This document shows, piece by piece, positions 18,927-28,112 of a DNA stretch of 64,000 nucleotides. The stretch comes from Planctomycetota bacterium (lineage in GTDB: Bacteria; Planctomycetota; UBA8108; SXIK01). The stretch lies in the NCBI GenBank assembly GCA_965223265.1, contig OZ244999.1, positions 6,432,001 to 6,496,000 on the forward strand, given 5' to 3'. Within the stretch, counting starts at the first letter, position 1; each line of letters begins with the position of its first letter. The notes beneath the pieces are model-generated. The model ran no database searches. It saw only the letters and a list, made by a program, of their open reading frames with translations, and was not told where the DNA came from. A program made the position numbers and the translations under genes.

Positions 18927-19766
18927 GTGAGAATCAGCGTGCTCATGAACACGTTCAACCGCGGCTATCTTCTGCGCCTGGCACTCAGGTCGTACCTGCG
19001 CCAAAGCGAAGGAGATTTCGAAATCGTCGTCGCGGACGACGGGTCCACGGACGACACCCCGGAAATCGTCGACACGTTCCGCCGCGAGGCGCCGTTCGAC
19101 GTTACTTACGCACGCCAAGAGAACCAAGGGCACCGACGAGCAGCGGCGCTCAACCGCGGCATAGCAAAGTGTCGCTTCGAGTACGTTCTCTTCACGGACT
19201 GCGACTCTCTCGCACTCCACGATCTAATCGAGGTGCACCGCCGCTATGCCGATCCCTCGCGGCTGCTCTGCGGCGGCTATTTGCGTCTCACGGAAGAACA
19301 GACCGCAGCCCTGACGGAAGAAGACGTCGTCAGCGGCCGCTTCGAGGCTCTGATCGACCGGCGCGGCCGTCGCGAGCTGTGGCGCAAACACATGAAAGCG
19401 CGCTGGGAAATCCTCCGCCGAAAACCACGCCGGCCACACAACATGGGGCTCAACTATTCCGTCTCACGTGAAGCCCTCGAGCGGATCAACGGCTATGACG
19501 AAGAGTTCGAAGGCTGGGGATCAGCCGACGGTGACGTGCGTGAGCGGCTTCGATCGACCGGAGTCGTGCCCCACTCCCTCTACGACCGCGCCGTCGTTCT
19601 CCACATGTGGCACCCGATCGAGACCACAAAGCTGAACAAAGACAACCTCAGGCGGAACCGTGCCTATGCCTCCCGTGACGACGTTCCCACGGTATGTCGG
19701 CGCGGCCTGAAGCAGCTCGAGGAAGCCTCCGTCGAGCCATCCTCGCACGGCGCAGACGGCAATTGA
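18927..19766 (+). CDS. Glycosyltransferase family 2
   Basis: VVADDGSTD, FTDCD DxD motif, INGYDEEFEGWG.D, HMWH. Confidence 0.9.
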   Translation: MRISVLMNTFNRGYLLRLALRSYLRQSEGDFEIVVADDGSTDDTPEIVDTFRREAPFDVTYARQENQGHRRAAALNRGIAKCRFEYVLFTDCDSLALHDLIEVHRRYADPSRLLCGGYLRLTEEQTAALTEEDVVSGRFEALIDRRGRRELWRKHMKARWEILRRKPRRPHNMGLNYSVSREALERINGYDEEFEGWGSADGDVRERLRSTGVVPHSLYDRAVVLHMWHPIETTKLNKDNLRRNRAYASRDDVPTVCRRGLKQLEEASVEPSSHGADGN

Positions 19767-21094
19767 GCACTCAACTGCGTGAGATTCCGGAGGTTTCTGC
19801 GCTCGACGCACCGAGCGGTGTGGTGCGGATACCGCCCGGTGTCGACGTGCCACTCACACCGCGCGTGCGACGGCTCGTCGACTCGCGGCCGTTTCGCCGA
19901 CTCTCCCGCGTTCGCCAACTCGGACTGGTATCGCTCGTCTATCCTGGCGCGACCCACTCGCGATTCGAGCACTCGCTCGGCGTCTACCGCAACGCTCTTC
20001 ACTACCTTCGCCAGCTGTCATTCGATGAGCGCTTTCGGAGCCACTTGAGTCGAGAGGCCGCCGAGAAGTTCATCGTCGCAGCCTTGCTCCACGATCTTGG
20101 ACACTGGCCTTTCTGCCACCCCATCGAAGACATGCGCCTGGAAGACGTGCCGCGGCATGAGGTGTTCGTCGAGCGTTTCATCACCTCGGAAGATCTCGCG
20201 CAGCTCTTGCGTGACGACTGGCAGCTCGAGCCCCAGTCGGTCTGCGAGCTTCTCAGCGGCAAGGCCGTTGACGACGAGGAGCGCATCCTCTGCAGCATGC
20301 TCTCCGGCCCCATCGACATCGACAAACTGGACTATCTCCCACGCGACAGCCTGCACGCCGGCGTACCCTACGGCAGGCATTTTGATGAGGAGCGACTCGT
20401 GCGCAGTCTCTGCCTGAACGACGATGGCACAGGTCTCGCTCTGACGGAAAAGGGACGCACTGCCGCCGAACTGCTCGTGTTCGCCCGCTACGTCATGTTC
20501 AGCGAAGTGTACTGGCATCACGGTGTGCGCGCGGCCACTTCGATGTTACAGCGCGCCTTTTTCGCGCTGCGGCATCACTTTGAGCTGCCCGAACTCTTCA
20601 GCGGTGGCGACGACGACGTCGTGGAACAGATGCTGGCCGCCGCGCAGAGCGAACCGACGGCCCCCCTCGTCAACGGTCTGTTTGGTTCGCGACGTGTCCT
20701 CTACAAACGCCTGGCGGAATACAGCTTCTTTCAGGCAGAAGAGATCTACAGCCAACTCGCACGGCGCCCATACGGCTCGCTCGTGCAGTGCGGCGCTGCA
20801 TTCGCCGAGCTGGCCAGCCGCGCCGTCGGTGGCGAGGTCGCGCCGCACGAGGTCCTCTTCGACGCTCCTCCAGTCGAGAAGGAAGTCGAGTTCAACGTGC
20901 AGGTCCGTTTTCGGGAAGAAAAGGCTTATCGCAACCTCGAAGAGGTCTCCCCTGTGGTTCGCGCGCTGGCCAAGGAACAATTCGACGACATCGTCAAACG
21001 GGTGAGAGTTTTTGTCCATCCTCGCTGGGTCAAGCCGCTACGCGAGCTCGGCGATCTGCGCGAAATCGTGCTCGAGGCCGCCGCACGTACTTGA
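19763..21094 (+). CDS. HD-domain phosphohydrolase (YdhJ/SAMHD1-like)
   Basis: RQLG..YPGATHSRFEHSLG, LLHDLGHWPFCH, DIDKLDYL.RDS, VYWHH. The probable TTG start overlaps the GT2 stop; the track start is 19694. Confidence 0.9.
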   Translation: MSTQLREIPEVSALDAPSGVVRIPPGVDVPLTPRVRRLVDSRPFRRLSRVRQLGLVSLVYPGATHSRFEHSLGVYRNALHYLRQLSFDERFRSHLSREAAEKFIVAALLHDLGHWPFCHPIEDMRLEDVPRHEVFVERFITSEDLAQLLRDDWQLEPQSVCELLSGKAVDDEERILCSMLSGPIDIDKLDYLPRDSLHAGVPYGRHFDEERLVRSLCLNDDGTGLALTEKGRTAAELLVFARYVMFSEVYWHHGVRAATSMLQRAFFALRHHFELPELFSGGDDDVVEQMLAAAQSEPTAPLVNGLFGSRRVLYKRLAEYSFFQAEEIYSQLARRPYGSLVQCGAAFAELASRAVGGEVAPHEVLFDAPPVEKEVEFNVQVRFREEKAYRNLEEVSPVVRALAKEQFDDIVKRVRVFVHPRWVKPLRELGDLREIVLEAAART

Positions 21095-21104
21095 GGGCTG
21101 CCGG

Positions 21105-22922
21105 CTAACGGTCGACCGGCTCGCTCAGCACAAGGTGGACGCCCACCAGTGATCGACTCGGATCCATACGCCATGCCTTCTCAGGCGCGATCGCGTATTG
21201 ATTCAGCCGGGAGTTGTCGAAGACAATCGTTGCCTCGATCACCGTGCCGGCGACGAGAAGCTCGCTGTCCGCAGAGAACGAGTAAGAGAGTGGCCACGCA
21301 GGGCTGTAGCTGGGGACGGAGAGCAGCTCTGCTGGCTGAGGCGAGCCATCGTCGCCGGGAGGTGGCACGACGCGCATCGCCAGAGAGGTGGCGTAGCGGC
21401 CGAGCCAAGGGGTCGCCACACGCACGGCCGCAGCACGATCGAGCCGGTGCGTGATCCGGACAGTGCGCGCGAACGCACCGGGGTCGAGCTTGAGTTCTCC
21501 AACGGTGAGCGCGGCCGTTCGTTGAGGCTTCAGCGCGGCCTCGCTGCGCCGCGCGGTGAGCTCGAACGCCGTCACCTCCGGCGCCGCTGCGGAATGCGAC
21601 GCGGCAGTCGCATCCAAATCAACGATTTCGATGATGCGAGCGCGCAGGTGCGCACCGACGGGAAGTTGCATGCCGCGCCCTGGCTCCCACGGCGTCGACC
21701 AGCATCCCGGCCCAAATGCTGCCACGACTTGACCTGCATCGTCGCCGCCGGTGACGACCGAGAGGAGGACGCCGCGAACGGCCGCAGGCGCCTTGAGCGT
21801 GAACCCTGCGACCCAGACGTCTGCCGGCACCGGTGGCACGAGGGAAAGACTTCGCGATGCCAGGCCCCCGCCTCCGCCTCCGGAGCGCGGCAGCAGAGGC
21901 CGCACTGCAGCAGCGCGCGCCGCAGTGAACACGATCGAGCTGTTCGCCTTCCCACTCGCCGAACCGCCTGCCGAAACCGACGCGCCCGGCGGCACGGACT
22001 CGGCCGGGGGAGCGCCTTCAGGTGTTCCGGCGCCGACCCAGGCCACCAGCGTCGCGAGTTCCTTACGGGTCAACTGCTTCTGTAGCTCGACCGCCGGCCC
22101 GCTGCCGAACACCGGAGGCATACGTCTCTGGGAGACGACCCGGCGGAGCGCGCCCGCACGGCGCGACGCCGCAGCAAAATTGGTGAGGTCAAACGCCTGC
22201 CCCGCGGGGCTGTGACAACGCGTGCAGCGCGCTGCCAAAATCGGCGCAACGTGCTGATGGTACTCACGTCCACGGCCCCGTCGCCGCTGCGGTGCTCGGA
22301 TGAGACAGCCAGGCGCCGCCGTGACGCCAACGCTCAGCTCTCGCCCGGCAAGAAGCGCACTCACGGCGCGTTCGAGGAGGCGCGAGGGTGTCGTCGAGCT
22401 GGCGGTGCGGACGGCGCCGCGATATCGAAGCTTGCCCTGAGCGTCAAAGACGAACGCATGCGGCGAGCGGCGAGCGCCCAGCAGATCGCGACACACCTGA
22501 TCGAAATCCATGAGTACAGGAAACGTCCAGCCACGCTCCCTGGCACTGACAGCCGCATCGAAGGCGCTCTCGAGGCGGTTCGAGTTGACCCCGACCAGCA
22601 CCATGCCTTCGCGCCGGAGCCGCTGCCACAAGTCTTCAAGATACGCCGATTCCTCGGCCACGGCCGCGCAGCTCGCATCGACGAAGACCACAGCAAGCGC
22701 TGGCACACCGACCAGATCGTTCAACGCCATCGGCGCGCCTCGCGTATCTACGAGCGTCACGTCGGGAAGCTGCTCGCCCAGCGGCAAAAGCTCCCCCCCG
22801 TCCACCCATAGCGGCGCCCAGATCCCGAGCGTCAAAGAGAGGCCAAACAGCGCCGTCGAGATAACCTCGCTCGCCCGCCGAGGCGGCAAAACAGGGCTCT
22901 CAAACACCTGATCTTTCTTCAT
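21105..22922 (-). CDS. Redoxin (AhpC/TSA-like) + c-type heme + monooxygenase-like multidomain exported protein
   Basis: Hydrophobic N-terminal helix, FPVLMD..Q, LRYRGA, GCLI, CTRCH, RRMPP, FDNS. Confidence 0.7.
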   Translation of the reverse strand: MKKDQVFESPVLPPRRASEVISTALFGLSLTLGIWAPLWVDGGELLPLGEQLPDVTLVDTRGAPMALNDLVGVPALAVVFVDASCAAVAEESAYLEDLWQRLRREGMVLVGVNSNRLESAFDAAVSARERGWTFPVLMDFDQVCRDLLGARRSPHAFVFDAQGKLRYRGAVRTASSTTPSRLLERAVSALLAGRELSVGVTAAPGCLIRAPQRRRGRGREYHQHVAPILAARCTRCHSPAGQAFDLTNFAAASRRAGALRRVVSQRRMPPVFGSGPAVELQKQLTRKELATLVAWVGAGTPEGAPPAESVPPGASVSAGGSASGKANSSIVFTAARAAAVRPLLPRSGGGGGGLASRSLSLVPPVPADVWVAGFTLKAPAAVRGVLLSVVTGGDDAGQVVAAFGPGCWSTPWEPGRGMQLPVGAHLRARIIEIVDLDATAASHSAAAPEVTAFELTARRSEAALKPQRTAALTVGELKLDPGAFARTVRITHRLDRAAAVRVATPWLGRYATSLAMRVVPPPGDDGSPQPAELLSVPSYSPAWPLSYSFSADSELLVAGTVIEATIVFDNSRLNQYAIAPEKAWRMDPSRSLVGVHLVLSEPVDR

Positions 22923-23019
22923 CCCGTAGTCTTTCGCCAACACCACCAGCGCATCTCAGAAACCCTCCGAGAATCAAGAGGTGGGCGTCGCAAGAGTTGA
23001 CGCCTGCCCGATTTTTGAC

Positions 23020-23048
23020 TTGACGATTCTGCTCTAGACTCGTAGAGT
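23020..23048 (+). promoter_or_regulatory. Putative sigma70 promoter for dksA-like gene
   Basis: TTGACG-N17-TAGAGT. Confidence 0.45.
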
Positions 23049-23183
23049 CCTGCGCCTGAAAAATGGGCTGAAGTCTCTTCGAATCGGTCCGTGGTGGTCT
23101 CGTCACGTGTCGTTAGGCTTCATTCCAGCAATCGCGGCAGGCCGTTCTGGTAGTGTCATTCCGAAACGTCATTCTGAAGCGTC

Positions 23184-23990
23184 ATGTCTCCGACGAAAAA
23201 AAGTTCGGCGAAAAAGAAGGCCAGCAAGGTGACAAAGACAGGGTCGAAGAAGAAAACCGCGACGACCAAGAAAAAAACAGCAAAAAAGACATCTAAAACA
23301 GCAAAAAAAGCCAAGAGCAAGAGCTCTAAGGCCGCCAAGCCGAAAGCCGGCGCCAAAAAAACCGCTGCGAAGAAGTCAAAGGCCGCCAAGAAGACGGCAA
23401 AGACCAGCTCGAAAAAGGCAACAGCGAAAAAAGCCGCCAAGAAGCCTTCGAGCAAGAAAGCCGCGACGAAAAAGGCACCGGTCAGTCGCCCGGCACGTGC
23501 CGCGCGGACGACGAAGGCCTCGGCGGCGGCGAGCGGTGTGAAAACTCCAGAAGCCCCGATCAAAGTTCCGCCGCTGAGCAAACGGATCGCGCGTAAAGAC
23601 CTCAATGAAATCCGTAAGCGGCTGGTGAATCAGCTCAAGACGCTTCTTGGATCGATCGACAGCCTCGGTGCGGAGTACCTTGGCACGAACGAAAACGTGA
23701 CGACACGCGGCGGGGACGAGGCCGACCAGGCATCGACCGCGCTGACCGCGGACCTGTCGCTGCGCTTGGCCGAAAGCGAGTCGAAAATGGTCCGTGAGGT
23801 CCAGCTAGCGCTGAACAAGATCGAAGACGGCAGCTACGGCGTCTGCGAGGTCACCGGCCAGCCGATCAACATTCAACGGCTCCTTGCGGTACCGTGGGCG
23901 CGTCTTTCTCTCGAGGCACAGGAGCGACTCGAACGCCAGCAGATCGTCTTCGACGAGGCGACGGGCTGGGTCGCGGCTGACGAGCTTTAA
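23184..23990 (+). CDS. dksA: TraR/DksA family regulator with Lys/Ala-rich histone-like N-terminal tail
   Basis: GDEADQA coiled-coil tip (DxxDxA), ALNKIEDGSYGVCEVTG..I..RL.AVPWA; roughly the first 110 aa are rich in K/A/S/T. Confidence 0.85.
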   Translation: MSPTKKSSAKKKASKVTKTGSKKKTATTKKKTAKKTSKTAKKAKSKSSKAAKPKAGAKKTAAKKSKAAKKTAKTSSKKATAKKAAKKPSSKKAATKKAPVSRPARAARTTKASAAASGVKTPEAPIKVPPLSKRIARKDLNEIRKRLVNQLKTLLGSIDSLGAEYLGTNENVTTRGGDEADQASTALTADLSLRLAESESKMVREVQLALNKIEDGSYGVCEVTGQPINIQRLLAVPWARLSLEAQERLERQQIVFDEATGWVAADEL

Positions 23991-24081
23991 CAGCCTGCCT
24001 GAAAAAGTGCTTCGAGCCGAAAACTGGTCTCTTCGTGTCCAGATCAGCCGCGGCGAACGCGGGCAATCTTCGGCCGGGCTG
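23991..24081. mobile_element. MITE family A, internally deleted copy retaining both ends
   Basis: CAGCCTGCCTGAAAAAGTGCTTCGAGCCG...TTCGGCCGGGCTG directly after the TAA stop. Confidence 0.75.
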
Positions 24082-24264
24082 TTCAGTTAACGCCGGTTGA
24101 CCCTCGAGTCGGGCCGTCCGGTGCACCAAGATCGCAGACACCGTCTGTCCGTTCTTCCTTCGTCGTCGGCGAAGGCGCACGGAGAGGCTGTGGAGCTTTT
24201 CGAAGCGTGCTGTCGAAACTCACAGACGCCCTCGCGACGGCACACAGCCCGTGCGCCGCTCCGG

Positions 24265-24380
24265 ACGTGACGTTGGGCCGTGGGCGTGGGACGTGACCCG
24301 GTGGTGGTACGATCCGTGACCGTGGGACGTGGGAGGTGACCGTGGGGGTGGGACGTTGGGGGTGGGACCGTGACCGTAGG
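24265..24380. repeat. G-rich GTGGG/GTGACC degenerate repeat tract
   Basis: gtgggcgtgggacgtgacc...gtgggacgtgggaggtgaccgtgggggtgggacgttgggggtgggaccgtgacc. Confidence 0.7.
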
Positions 24381-24386
24381 CCGTAA

Positions 24387-27300
24387 CTACCCGAGCTCCG
24401 CCAACTGTGCTTTCAGGGCTTCTGCTTCGCGCTCGGCGTCCACAAGCTGCTGGCGGGTCTCCTCGACGAGGTGCGAAGGCGCCTTGCTGACGTAGTTTTC
24501 GTTGGCCAGACGGCCCGTGAGGCTCTTGACGCGACCACCGACGTCCTGCAGGCGTCGCGCGAGGCGCTCGCGCTCGGCGTCGACGTCGACGAGATCATGA
24601 AGATAGAGCTCAATCTCGCCAACGGCCGTGGAGCCGGCACGATCCGGTTGCGTGACTTCCGGACCGATGGATCCGAACTCGACGGTGGCAAGTGTGGCGA
24701 TGAGCGGCGCGTGCTCGCTCAACCGGGCCGCGAGTGGTGCGCTGGCGCGCGCGGTCAGAACGATACGCTCACGCGGCGCGACCTTGTGAGTCGTTCTGAC
24801 TTCGCGCACTGCGGTCACAACGCTCTGCACCAGCGCAAATGCCTCTTCAGCCGCGGCATCGACAAGCGTCGCGTCGACCGACGGCCATGGCGCGCGAATC
24901 AACAGATCACCCGCCGGGAGCGCCAAGCCTTCGACACCACGCTCGGCCACGCGCGCGCTCAAGCTCTCCCATAGCTTCTCGGTGACAAACGGCATCGAGG
25001 GGTGCAGCAGCCGCAGGATCGCGTCGATCGCACTCGCTAGCACCCGCTGCTGTACGAGGTCGTCCTGAACCGTCGGCTTGATCGCCTCAATGTACCAATC
25101 GCAAAAATCTCGCCACGTAAACGAATAGAGCTGCTGCGCGTAGGCGCCGAATTCGTACGATTCTAGCGCGCGAGTCGACTCTCCAATCACGCCAGCCAAT
25201 CGCGACAACAGCCATCGACTGGCGAGATCCGGCTGTCCGTTCGCCGCACCGCACGAGTCCGTCAGGTGGCCAAGGCTGAAGCGCACAGCATTCCACAGCT
25301 TGTTGGCGAAGTTGCGACCAAACTCAAACTTCGAGCTGGTGTTGCGTGCCTGGGGCGTGTCCGTCGCCGATCGCGCCTCGCCCGATACAATCCCGTATGA
25401 TGTCACCATCTGCTTGCTCGGATCGGAGGGGCACTCCTGCAGCGGAGCGGCAACTCGATGTCCCGCGCTCGTCGTCACCATACGCGGCGTGAACGTTTCG
25501 CCGGTATGCGGGCAGACAATGTCGACCGGCATGCGGACGTCTTGTGTATTCGTGGTCATCGAGGCCAAGGTGAACCGCATGGCGTCAGAGCCGTGGTGGT
25601 GGATGATATCCAGCGGATCGACGCCGTTGCCGAGACTCTTCGACATCTTCTGCCCCTCGCCATCCTGAATCATGGCGTGGATGAACACGTCGCGAAACGG
25701 CAACCGATCGCGGAAGAAAAGATTGAACATCACCATCCGTGACACCCAGAGGGTGATGATCTCCCGTGCGGTACACAACGTGTCGCTGGGATTCCAAGTG
25801 TCGAGGGGGCGCGGGTCGGACTGGAACGAATCCGGAAAATCCTCCGGCTTCGGCCACCCCAGTGTGCTGATCGGCCAAAGCGCCGAGCTGAACCAAGTAT
25901 CCAGCACGTCGTCGTCCTGCACGAATCCGGCGGCGGCGAGCGCTTCTTCGAGCTCCTGGTCGGGACGACGTACGCAGATGTAGTGGCGCTCGCCGATCAC
26001 CTGCAGCGCCAGTCGGTCGCCGTAAGGCGTGATATCGAACTGCGCTCCGGCATCCGCGCTCCATACCGGGATGCGATGCCCCCACCAGAGCTGCCGGCTG
26101 ATGCACCAATCGCGAATATTCTCGTGCCAAGCCTGGAAAATCTTGGCGTAGCGCGGCGGATAGAATTTCAATGCGCCGTGCCACTCTGTCTCTGCTTTAC
26201 CCCGCGCTGTCGCCCCCTCCGGGGGGTCGTCGTCGCGGCGCCAGACGCAGCCCTCACTCGCCGTTCTCTGCTCGGGATTCATGGCGCGCAGAGCCGCGCC
26301 AGCGAGGCGCTCGTCAGTTACCTTCACGTACCACTGATCGGAGAGGTAAGGCTCGATCGGCACATGAGAACGATAGCTGTGTCCCACCGCATGACGATAC
26401 GGCTTGACCGAATCGAGCAGTCCATTCGTCTTAAACCACTCGACGATGCCCGCTCGCGCCTCCTCACGGCTCAAACCGAGGAACTGCTCTGCTTCCCGCG
26501 CCGCGCCGGATGCGAACTCGGCCTCTGGCCAGCCGTAGTCACGACTGACGGATGCATCCGGCGCCATAACGTTAATGACGTCGAGACCGAACCGCAGACC
26601 GATCTCCCAGTCGTTCGGATCGTGCGCCGGTGTCACCTTGAGAAACCCTGACGAGAACCGCGCCTTCTCGTCGCCGTCAGGATCCGGCAGGATCACGTAG
26701 TCGTCCTCGACGATGGGAATGATGCGATCGACGATCGGCAATCGGACCTGCGCGCCGCGGAGTGCAGGAGCACGCGGGTCATTCGGGTTCATGGCGACCG
26801 CCGTGTCCCCAAGCATGGTCTCAGGACGCGTCGTCGCGACGACGATAGAGTCGATCGTTTCGCCGTCACACTGCACTGGCTCGGTGAGGGGGTAGCGCAG
26901 ATACCAAAACGAGCCGTCGACCTCCTGCATCTCAACTTCGTCGTCAGCGAGTGCCGTTTGCGTCACCGGGTCCCAGTTAACGAGCCGCTTGCCGCGATAG
27001 ATCAATCCTTCACTGAAGAGGCGAAAAAACGCCTCGCGCACTGCGGCAGCGCAGACGGGATCCATCGTGAAGCGCTGACGCTCCCAATCGCAGGAACATC
27101 CCATCGCTCTGAGCTGCTCAGTGATCCGCGCTTCGTACTCGTCCTTCCACGCTTGGATCTTGGCGACGAACACGTCGCGATCAAAATCCGTGCGCCGTTT
27201 ACCCTCTTCCTGAAGCACCCGCTTCTCAACGACGGTCTGTGTCGCGATGCCGGCGTGATCGGTTCCCGGCATCCACATCGCGTTACGCCCCTGCATGCGC

Positions 27301-27509
27301 CGCCAACGCACCAGGATGTCCTGCAAAGTATTGTTGAGTGCATGCCCCATGTGCAAAGGCGCCGTGACGTTCGGCGGTGGGATCACAATCGCGTAGGGGA
27401 CTCCTGGGGAAGCGGCGTCGGCGTGAAAGGCTCCCGATTGTAACCACCGCGTGTGGATCTCGGGTTCGACGGCCGCCGGTTGATAGGTCTTGGCGAGTTC
27501 GGTACTCAT
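24387..27509 (-). CDS. valS: Valine--tRNA ligase
   Basis: PPPNVT..HMGH, DHAGIATQ, ATTRPET, WCISRQLWWGHRIP, DVLDTWFSS, KMSKSLGN. Confidence 0.98.
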   Translation of the reverse strand: MSTELAKTYQPAAVEPEIHTRWLQSGAFHADAASPGVPYAIVIPPPNVTAPLHMGHALNNTLQDILVRWRRMQGRNAMWMPGTDHAGIATQTVVEKRVLQEEGKRRTDFDRDVFVAKIQAWKDEYEARITEQLRAMGCSCDWERQRFTMDPVCAAAVREAFFRLFSEGLIYRGKRLVNWDPVTQTALADDEVEMQEVDGSFWYLRYPLTEPVQCDGETIDSIVVATTRPETMLGDTAVAMNPNDPRAPALRGAQVRLPIVDRIIPIVEDDYVILPDPDGDEKARFSSGFLKVTPAHDPNDWEIGLRFGLDVINVMAPDASVSRDYGWPEAEFASGAAREAEQFLGLSREEARAGIVEWFKTNGLLDSVKPYRHAVGHSYRSHVPIEPYLSDQWYVKVTDERLAGAALRAMNPEQRTASEGCVWRRDDDPPEGATARGKAETEWHGALKFYPPRYAKIFQAWHENIRDWCISRQLWWGHRIPVWSADAGAQFDITPYGDRLALQVIGERHYICVRRPDQELEEALAAAGFVQDDDVLDTWFSSALWPISTLGWPKPEDFPDSFQSDPRPLDTWNPSDTLCTAREIITLWVSRMVMFNLFFRDRLPFRDVFIHAMIQDGEGQKMSKSLGNGVDPLDIIHHHGSDAMRFTLASMTTNTQDVRMPVDIVCPHTGETFTPRMVTTSAGHRVAAPLQECPSDPSKQMVTSYGIVSGEARSATDTPQARNTSSKFEFGRNFANKLWNAVRFSLGHLTDSCGAANGQPDLASRWLLSRLAGVIGESTRALESYEFGAYAQQLYSFTWRDFCDWYIEAIKPTVQDDLVQQRVLASAIDAILRLLHPSMPFVTEKLWESLSARVAERGVEGLALPAGDLLIRAPWPSVDATLVDAAAEEAFALVQSVVTAVREVRTTHKVAPRERIVLTARASAPLAARLSEHAPLIATLATVEFGSIGPEVTQPDRAGSTAVGEIELYLHDLVDVDAERERLARRLQDVGGRVKSLTGRLANENYVSKAPSHLVEETRQQLVDAEREAEALKAQLAELG

Positions 27510-27518
27510 TTCGATTAG

Positions 27519-27677
27519 CAGCCTGTTAAAAAGTGCTTCGAGCCGAAAACTGGTCTCTTCGCGTCCAGGTCGGCTGCGGCAAACGCAGGTAATCTCCGAG
27601 ATTATCGAGTATTGACGCGGTCGAGCTGGGCGTGAAGAGGGCAGTTTCTCGGCCGAATGACTTTTTCAGGCGGGCTG
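27519..27677. mobile_element. MITE family A, full-length copy (159 bp), 9 bp upstream of valS ATG
   Basis: CAGCCTGTTAAAAAGT...ACTTTTTCAGGCGGGCTG with TTAG on both sides; reverse complement of 12757-12915. Confidence 0.85.
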
Positions 27678-27681
27678 TTAG

Positions 27682-27928
27682 CTCGAGTTTGGCCATTTCG
27701 CGTCGAGTCTGGGAACGCCAGGAGCGTCGAAGCCAAGGAACGACTCGGGCGCGATCCCGCTCGGGTCGTGGCGGAGGACGGGCGCAGGCATCGGCGCTCC
27801 TCCCCGAAGGGCCGGACAGGAGTTTTTGAATGGGCACAAGGGTTCTCAGGGTACAAAAAAGTTGAAAGGGCCTTTGAATCCCCGCGAAACTCGTCCGGCC
27901 AGGCCGGCGCGAAATGGCCAAACTCGAG
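27682..27928. mobile_element. MITE family B, full-length copy (247 bp)
   Basis: Perfect 21-bp terminal inverted repeat CTCGAGTTTGGCCATTTCGCG / CGCGAAATGGCCAAACTCGAG; partial copy at 18644-18738. Confidence 0.8.
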
Positions 27929-28112
27929 GTTAGGTTAGGACTCTTGATGCGCGATCCGAAGGAAGTTTGAGGAAAAGAGCGAGGCGGCGATTCGAACGAG
28001 TTGAAAAGTAGCAGGCACGCCCGGTTCGTAAGGATTCATGTGCCGCTGCGGTCGAGCCGCCGAAGAGAGAGCGGACAACACAAAGGTGTACGCCTGCCAC
28101 CTCGGCTCGAGA

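Noticed and set aside
19763-21094. HD protein as an antiphage dNTPase
   Set aside because: It looks like the widespread YdhJ-type HD family, is coupled to a GT2 gene, and has no defence context
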